Source: Acutalibacteraceae bacterium (lineage in GTDB: Bacteria > Bacillota > Clostridia > Oscillospirales > Acutalibacteraceae). Taken from it: a stretch of DNA of 64,000 bases. Below, piece by piece: positions 58,764 through 64,000 of the stretch. The notes beneath the pieces were generated by a model. It was given only the letters and a program-made list of their open reading frames with translations. It was not told where the DNA came from and searched no databases. Where the stretch lies: positions 40,595 to 104,594 of the forward strand of contig JBMNVT010000006.1 of the NCBI GenBank assembly GCA_050947015.1, written 5' to 3'. Positions within the stretch are counted from its first letter, which is position 1. Every line of letters begins with the position of its first letter. The translations under genes and the position numbers were made by a program.

Positions 58764-59651
58764 TCAATCCTTTGCTGTCCGCGAGAAAAGGTAAGCAGCG
58801 GCCGCCCCCGCAATCAACAGCAAAATGGCGATGATTCCCTCTGCGTTAAAAATGAATGAATGAGGAATCAGCGCGGCAAAGCTGCCGAGAATCAGCCCAA
58901 GAATGGCAGAATAGGCCATCTGCGGATACCGCTTGATAATAAAATCAATCAGGCGGGAACCGAAAACAAGCCCAAGCAGAATGCCGGCGAGCGCAGGTAA
59001 AAGGACAAGTATGCTCTGCATCAGCGCGGCAAAGCTGCCGGTGCCACCCAGCCATGCCAGCAGGCCGGACATGATATTGCTGATGGAACCGATTACCGTG
59101 TAATACGTTCCGAAAATAACCATAATTAAGGAACCGCTGATACCCGGTAGAATCATTGCAATGCTGGCAAGCGCCCCGACAAAAAACAGGCGAACTGCAA
59201 GCGGAAAGGTCAGCACCGTTTCGGCCGAGGCAGAAAACGCGCTCTCGTTCACAAAGGCAAGCGCCAGCATGATGCCAAGCCCAATCAGAAACGCGGCCGC
59301 ACTCCCGACCGTCACCCGTTTCCCACCGCGTACTGCCCTGTGGAAAATCATTGGCACACTGCCGAGAATCAGCCCGATAAACGCAAAATTTGTCGCAACA
59401 GGATAATGCTGCAAAAGCCATTTGATTGCACTGCTGAAGGCTGCAATTCCAACGACTGCGCCAAGGCCGAACGTGATGAGAAAAGCCAGATTTTTCTTAA
59501 ACCTTTTCAGCCCAAGCGCTTCCATCATCTGATCGAAAACATTGAGCACCACCGCCATGGTTCCTCCGCTGACGCCAGGAATCACATTGGCAACACCGAC
59601 AACCGCCCCGCTGAACACATTTTTGACCACCTGCGCCGGAGTTATCTTCAT
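58764..59651 (-). CDS. DUF368-family membrane protein (UptA/PopT-like putative undecaprenyl-phosphate translocase).
   Basis: VIPGVSGGTMA and later PGISGSLIM repeat motifs typical of DUF368. Start at MKITPAQ (ATG 59651) with RBS AAAGGAAAGGA. The ORF-track start at 59711 is less likely. Confidence 0.7.
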   Translation of the reverse strand: MKITPAQVVKNVFSGAVVGVANVIPGVSGGTMAVVLNVFDQMMEALGLKRFKKNLAFLITFGLGAVVGIAAFSSAIKWLLQHYPVATNFAFIGLILGSVPMIFHRAVRGGKRVTVGSAAAFLIGLGIMLALAFVNESAFSASAETVLTFPLAVRLFFVGALASIAMILPGISGSLIMVIFGTYYTVIGSISNIMSGLLAWLGGTGSFAALMQSILVLLPALAGILLGLVFGSRLIDFIIKRYPQMAYSAILGLILGSFAALIPHSFIFNAEGIIAILLLIAGAAAAYLFSRTAKD

Positions 59652-59918
59652 CTTAAGAACAATCCTTTCCTTTGCCGCAAAGCGCTGTTTGCGCCCGGCT
59701 TGCTCAATCAATTGGAAAAATGTACAGAACTATGATTATTTTACTCCTTTTTTGCCGATTCGCATAGTCTGAAACGCACAAAAAAACAAAAACTTTTTGT
59801 GAACGAATAAAAATGAAAGAAAAACGGCATTTTCCTGCACGCAATCCTTCTCGCCGGATCTCCGGCCAAAAGCACACGCACCGCAAAACGCCGCCTAGTT
59901 TTTGTTTAACAGCCCAAC

Positions 59919-60944
59919 TCAATCCGCCGGAACTGCGGGAGGGGCCTCTTCCTTTTTGAGAAGAATAATCACCTGTGTACCGCGGCCTTCTGCCGAGCGA
60001 ACCTCCAGTCCGTGGCCAAGTAGTTCAAGATAAGAGCGCACGGTAAAAAGCCCCATTCCGGGGCTTCCCGGCTGTTCTCGTTTGCCAATATAGCCACGTT
60101 CAAAAATTTTGGGTAGTTCCTCGGCCGGGATTCCGCATCCTACATCCTCTACCGAAAGGCGGATAGTATCGCCGGCGTCACGGCAGGAGATTCCGATTAC
60201 GCCGTTCTCCGCAGTATAACGCACGGCATTGTCCAACAGCTGGTCGAGCACCACCGCAAGCACGGTAGCGTCTGTTACACTGTAAAGGTGGGCAACCGAA
60301 CGGCGCAGCCCGATCCTTTTGGTGTTGAACAAAGCCGCGTTGCGCACCACCGCATCGCTGACCACACGAAACAAGTCGGTCTTTTTTCGGTTGCAGGCAA
60401 TGTTACCCTCGGCACAGTCAAAATACTGCAGCAGCTGCTCCGCCAGGCTGCCCGCGGCAATACAGTCACGGCTCAGACGGGTTGCCGCAGCCTCATCGCC
60501 CGGGCGAAGCTGCTGCGCCGTGCTTTCAATATCGGCGCGCAGCTTTTGCAGCTTGTGCACCCACTGCACCACAAAGCCGCGGTCGGCGCGTTCCTCGGCG
60601 AGAACACGGCTGCGAACGGCTTCTCCTGCACGTTCAAGCACATCCAGCCATTCCTCAGGCGTCTGCGGTTCTTCCACAGGCAAAGCCGGATTTCCGTACT
60701 GTGCAAGCGGCTCATAAATGGCCCGGCAGCGCGCTCCCAAAGCTTCTTCTCGCTTTTTTTCACGCCGGACATACAAGAACAGCACCACAATCGTGGCCAA
60801 CACCGCAAGAAACGAACACCCGCCGGCCAGAACCGCAGAGCGGGTCGTAATCCCCTCCGCTGCAGGAATCGCCCATGGAGCCGCCGCCAACAGCAAACCG
60901 GCGAGAATGGTCGGAAGATTTTTTCTGACCTGTTTTTTTTTCAT
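59919..60944 (-). CDS. Sensor histidine kinase with two TM helices and a minimal extracellular loop, and no adjacent response regulator.
   Basis: C-terminal HATPase_c region (LDQLLDNAVRYT...EDVGCGIPAEELPKIFERGY...GSPGMGLFTVRSY). Candidate H-box VQWVHKLQKLRAD. N-terminal TM pair. Confidence 0.7.
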   Translation of the reverse strand: MKKKQVRKNLPTILAGLLLAAAPWAIPAAEGITTRSAVLAGGCSFLAVLATIVVLFLYVRREKKREEALGARCRAIYEPLAQYGNPALPVEEPQTPEEWLDVLERAGEAVRSRVLAEERADRGFVVQWVHKLQKLRADIESTAQQLRPGDEAAATRLSRDCIAAGSLAEQLLQYFDCAEGNIACNRKKTDLFRVVSDAVVRNAALFNTKRIGLRRSVAHLYSVTDATVLAVVLDQLLDNAVRYTAENGVIGISCRDAGDTIRLSVEDVGCGIPAEELPKIFERGYIGKREQPGSPGMGLFTVRSYLELLGHGLEVRSAEGRGTQVIILLKKEEAPPAVPAD

Positions 60945-60995
60945 AGCAGATTCTTTCCTTTCCCCCGGCAGCTGCCTAAAACGACTCGGCCGTAG

Positions 60996-62171
60996 TTACG
61001 CTTCTCCTGTAAAGCTTGTGTCAACGGTCATTACCGCATAATAGCGTTCGTCTTCCGCTTTGACTTTCCGTTCAATCTCTTCCTCAAGACCTTCGCGCTT
61101 TTCGTAAAGACCGTAGGGCACCAAGAGGTCAAAAATCAGATTGGTATGGCTCGGTCCGTCCACGATCCGAAAATCATGAAAAGAAAGGCGCGGGTCGATT
61201 CCAGCGATGATCCCCCGAACCATTTCACGAAGTTCTGTCACTCTCTCGTTATCCGTTTCCACCGGATCCATATGAATGACAGTATGAACATTCAGCTCAC
61301 ATTCCAGATCTCGTTCAATGGTATCGATCAGATCATGGCTTTTCAGAATATCCTCGCCCGCAGAAACCTCAGCGTGCAACGAGGCCAGCCAGCGATTGGG
61401 GCCGTAATTGTGAACGAGCATGTCATGCACACCGATCACACCTTCATAAGAAAGCACCTTCTCACGGATGCTGCGCACAAGATCGGCGTCCGGCGCCTGC
61501 CCCAGCAGCGGGCCGAGCGTGTCCTTCAGGGTTTTGATACCCGCAATAAAAACGAATACCGCCACCGCCGCGCCCATGTAACCATCCACATTGAGGTGAA
61601 ACAGTTGAAAAACGATAACGGAAAGCAGAACGCCTCCGGTCGCGGCAACGTCCGAAATGCTGTCGGTCATAGCGGCCATCAGCGACGTGGAGCCAATCTG
61701 TTTGCCGACCGAACGATAAAAAAGCCCCATCAGCAGCTTAACCGTCATGGACAGCACCAGAACAACAATGGCAGCCGTTCCACTCTGCATTTCCTCCGGA
61801 GCAAATATTTTGGATATAGAGCTGGTAAACAACTCGAAGCCTACCATCAGGATGACAAACGCAATTACAACACCGGCAATATACTCGATTCGTCCATGCC
61901 CGAACGGGTGCTCCTTATCGGCAGGCTTGCCTGACATTTTAAAGCCGACAACTGTTACCACAGAGGAGCCTGCGTCCGAGAGGTTGTTAAACGCATCCGC
62001 CGTAATGGCGATGGATTTCGCAAGCGTGCCCACAATCAGCTTTGCCGCAAAGAGCAGCAGATTGCAGAAGATACCAACCACGCCGGCAAACGCGCCGCAG
62101 CGTTCCCTCACACGGAGGCTTTCGGGATGATCCGCGCCGGGAATCAGTCGACACAGCCAATTTTTGTTCAT
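60996..62171 (-). CDS. Cation diffusion facilitator (CDF) family divalent-cation efflux transporter.
   Basis: Six TM helices with metal-binding motifs (AITADAFNNLSD and HPFGHGRIEY), plus a C-terminal cytoplasmic domain. Confidence 0.8.
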   Translation of the reverse strand: MNKNWLCRLIPGADHPESLRVRERCGAFAGVVGIFCNLLLFAAKLIVGTLAKSIAITADAFNNLSDAGSSVVTVVGFKMSGKPADKEHPFGHGRIEYIAGVVIAFVILMVGFELFTSSISKIFAPEEMQSGTAAIVVLVLSMTVKLLMGLFYRSVGKQIGSTSLMAAMTDSISDVAATGGVLLSVIVFQLFHLNVDGYMGAAVAVFVFIAGIKTLKDTLGPLLGQAPDADLVRSIREKVLSYEGVIGVHDMLVHNYGPNRWLASLHAEVSAGEDILKSHDLIDTIERDLECELNVHTVIHMDPVETDNERVTELREMVRGIIAGIDPRLSFHDFRIVDGPSHTNLIFDLLVPYGLYEKREGLEEEIERKVKAEDERYYAVMTVDTSFTGEA

Positions 62172-62321
62172 TCAGAGATCTTTCCTTTCACAGAACCGCT
62201 GGAAAATACCCTTGATTCTGCCTGTTATCAGTATATCATATTCCGCAGAGCGTGTAAAATGAGAATTCTTCCGGAAAACAAATTTTTTACCGGAATGCTG
62301 CGGTGCACAACAGCTGATGCG

Positions 62322-62353
62322 ACAAAAACTGCCCCGCCGAACGGCAGGGCAGT
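62322..62353 (-). terminator. Intrinsic terminator after glyQS.
   Basis: Minus strand reads ACTGCCCTGCCGTTCGGCGGGGCAGT followed by TTTTGTC. Confidence 0.65.
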
Positions 62354-62376
62354 CAACACGGCAGACGGCAACAAGA

Positions 62377-63755
62377 TCAAAACGCCAGCTTCTGCTCCAG
62401 CCAGGCTGCCAGATCTTTGATTTTTACCCGCTCCTGCGCCATGGTGTCGCGGTCGCGGATAGTAACGCAGCCATCGGTTTCGCTTTCAAAATCATAGGTC
62501 AGGCAGAACGGCGTACCGATCTCATCCTGACGGCGGTACCGCTTGCCAATGGAGCCTGCATCGTCATAATCGATCATAAAACGCTTCGCCAGCTGGTCAT
62601 AAACCTTGCGCGCACCTTCGTTCAGCTTTTTGGAAAGCGGAAGAACTGCGGCCTTGAACGGCGCCAGCGCCGGGTGCAGGTGCATGACAACGCGAATATC
62701 CTCTTTGCCGTCGGCTCCGACATTCTCTTCGTCGTAGGCATCGCAGAGGAACGCAAGCACAACGCGATCGCAGCCGAGCGACGGCTCGATGACATACGGA
62801 ATATAGCGCTCGTTCGTTTCGGGATCGAAATACTCCAGTGATTTGCCGGAAGCCTCCTGATGGCGGCCAAGGTCATAGTTGGTGCGGTCGGCAATTCCCC
62901 ACAACTCGCCCCAATCGGTAAAGGGGAAAGCAAATTCAATGTCGGTGGTTGCGCGGCTGTAAAACGCCAGTTCTGCCGGTTCATGGTCGCGCAGGCGCAG
63001 ATGCTCTTTCTGAATGCCCAGCGAATAGAGCCAGTTGGCACAGAAATCCTTCCAGAAGGCAAACCATTCCAGATCGGTGCCGGGCTTGCAGAAAAATTCG
63101 CATTCCATCTGCTCAAATTCACGCGTGCGGAACGTAAAGTTGCCGGGGGTAATCTCGTTGCGGAACGCCTTGCCCACCTGACAAACGCCGAACGGCAGCT
63201 TTTTGCGAGTGGTGCGCTGAATGTTCGCAAAATTCACAAAGATGCCCTGCGCTGTTTCCGGCCGCAGATAACAAACAGAAGAGGAATCCTCGGTTACGCC
63301 GATGGATGTTTTGAACATCAGATTAAACTTGCGGATCGGGGTAAAGTCGTGCTTGCCGCAAACCGGACAGACCACCTCGCTGTGCCCCGCAATGTATTTG
63401 TCCATTTGATCAAAATCCATGCCTTCCACATCAACCTCGGTGCCGCCGGGCGCTGCTTCAATCAGCTTATCGGCGCGGTTGCGGGAATGACAGGCGCGGC
63501 AATCCACAAGCGGGTCACTGAAATTGCCGACATGCCCGGTGGTGACCCAGGTCTGCGGGTTCATCAGAATCGCGGCGTCAAGCCCAACGTTATAGGGGCT
63601 TTCCTGCACAAACTTCTGCCACCATGCGCGCTTGACGTTGTTTTTCAGTTCCACGCCAAGCGGGCCGTAATCCCATGTATTGGAAAGCCCTCCGTAAATG
63701 TCGGAACCTGCATAAACAAATCCCCGGTTTTTGCAAAGGGCAACGATTTTTTCCA
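62377..63755 (-). CDS. glyQS: Glycine--tRNA ligase (alpha2 homodimeric type).
   Basis: [40 protein letters not shown], a typical GlyRS N-terminus, plus class II motifs. Start at ATG 63755. The ORF-track start at 63813 adds 19 residues. Confidence 0.85.
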
Positions 63756-64000
63756 TAGTTTTCTCTTCTTTTTTCACGGGATAACCCATCCTTTCAAGTC
63801 CCTGTGCGGTCATCGACCGGCATGCCGCGTTTTTTCCGCACCGGGTTTATCTGTATCAGTTTAATCCATGCCGGGTATGATGTCAAGGCTAACTGCGTTT
63901 TTTACAGGATTGCGCACCAAATCAGCTCCGTCCGCCCCTTTTATAATGGCTTTGCGGCGCTGCAAATGGTTCCTCCCCCAATGACAAGGTCATCCTGATA
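63756..64000 (-). promoter_or_regulatory. Structured 5' leader of glyQS, a candidate T-box-like leader truncated by the window edge.
   Basis: 245 nt upstream of glyQS is non-coding and GC-rich, with mutually exclusive-looking hairpins (CCCGGTGCGG...CCGCACAGGG around an inner CGGCATGCCG hairpin). GGTGCGG...ACGCGG loosely resembles the T-box core. glyQS is T-box controlled in most Firmicutes. Confidence 0.3.

Noticed and set aside
1-64000. CRISPR arrays, tRNA or rRNA genes, transposases and integrases.
   Set aside because: No regular direct-repeat/spacer array, no cloverleaf-like tRNA sequence and no recombinase-family ORF was seen in any frame.

Overview
The window is a 64-kb, high-GC (about 55-60% in coding regions) chromosomal segment from an endospore-forming Firmicute. 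It is probably a Clostridia (Ruminococcaceae/Oscillospiraceae-like) genome: spoIIE is present, GlnRS lies beside GluRS, and Gram-positive sigma-A promoters and L-box RNA are visible. It is core-like genome with no transposase, integrase, CRISPR array, tRNA or rRNA genes. The main content is as follows. (1) A YesS/YtdP-type polysaccharide-utilisation locus at 1-12297: a secreted EEP-fold/CBM protein, an LplABC-type ABC importer, a 1089-aa cytoplasmic protein of unrecognised family, and a membrane-anchored AraC sensor-regulator, with a divergent glycerophosphodiester phosphodiesterase. (2) A tandem MazG gene overlapping convergently with a C-terminally aberrant YheO-like gene, followed by about 1.1 kb of gene debris (DSD1-like, D-aminoacylase and Ogt fragments). 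(3) A PocR-AraC regulator, then a lysine riboswitch controlling an NhaC-family transporter, then trpS. (4) A FruK-like kinase and GT4 glycosyltransferase operon, a second giant GH-like protein (1033 aa) with a divergent cupin-AraC regulator, and a cytoplasmic GH38 alpha-mannosidase further on. (5) gltX-glnS in tandem. (6) A cargo-less cI/Cro-like divergent XRE pair with a 25-bp palindromic operator, next to a DUF1836-NfeD-flotillin operon. (7) Citrate synthase, an ABC exporter, spoIIE and adenine deaminase. (8) An aminotransferase, an ABC exporter, a GHL10 lipoprotein, lysA-like and metA. (9) An envelope cluster made of DUF3810, a polytopic-membrane/LPLAT-like acyltransferase fusion, a MOP flippase, DUF368 and an orphan histidine kinase, followed by a CDF transporter and glyQS with a structured leader cut by the window edge. 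No complete, obviously novel multi-gene system such as a defence island was found. The most unusual items are the two unassigned >1000-aa cytoplasmic enzymes, the orphan cI/Cro switch, the pseudogene graveyard, and the envelope-lipid/HK cluster.
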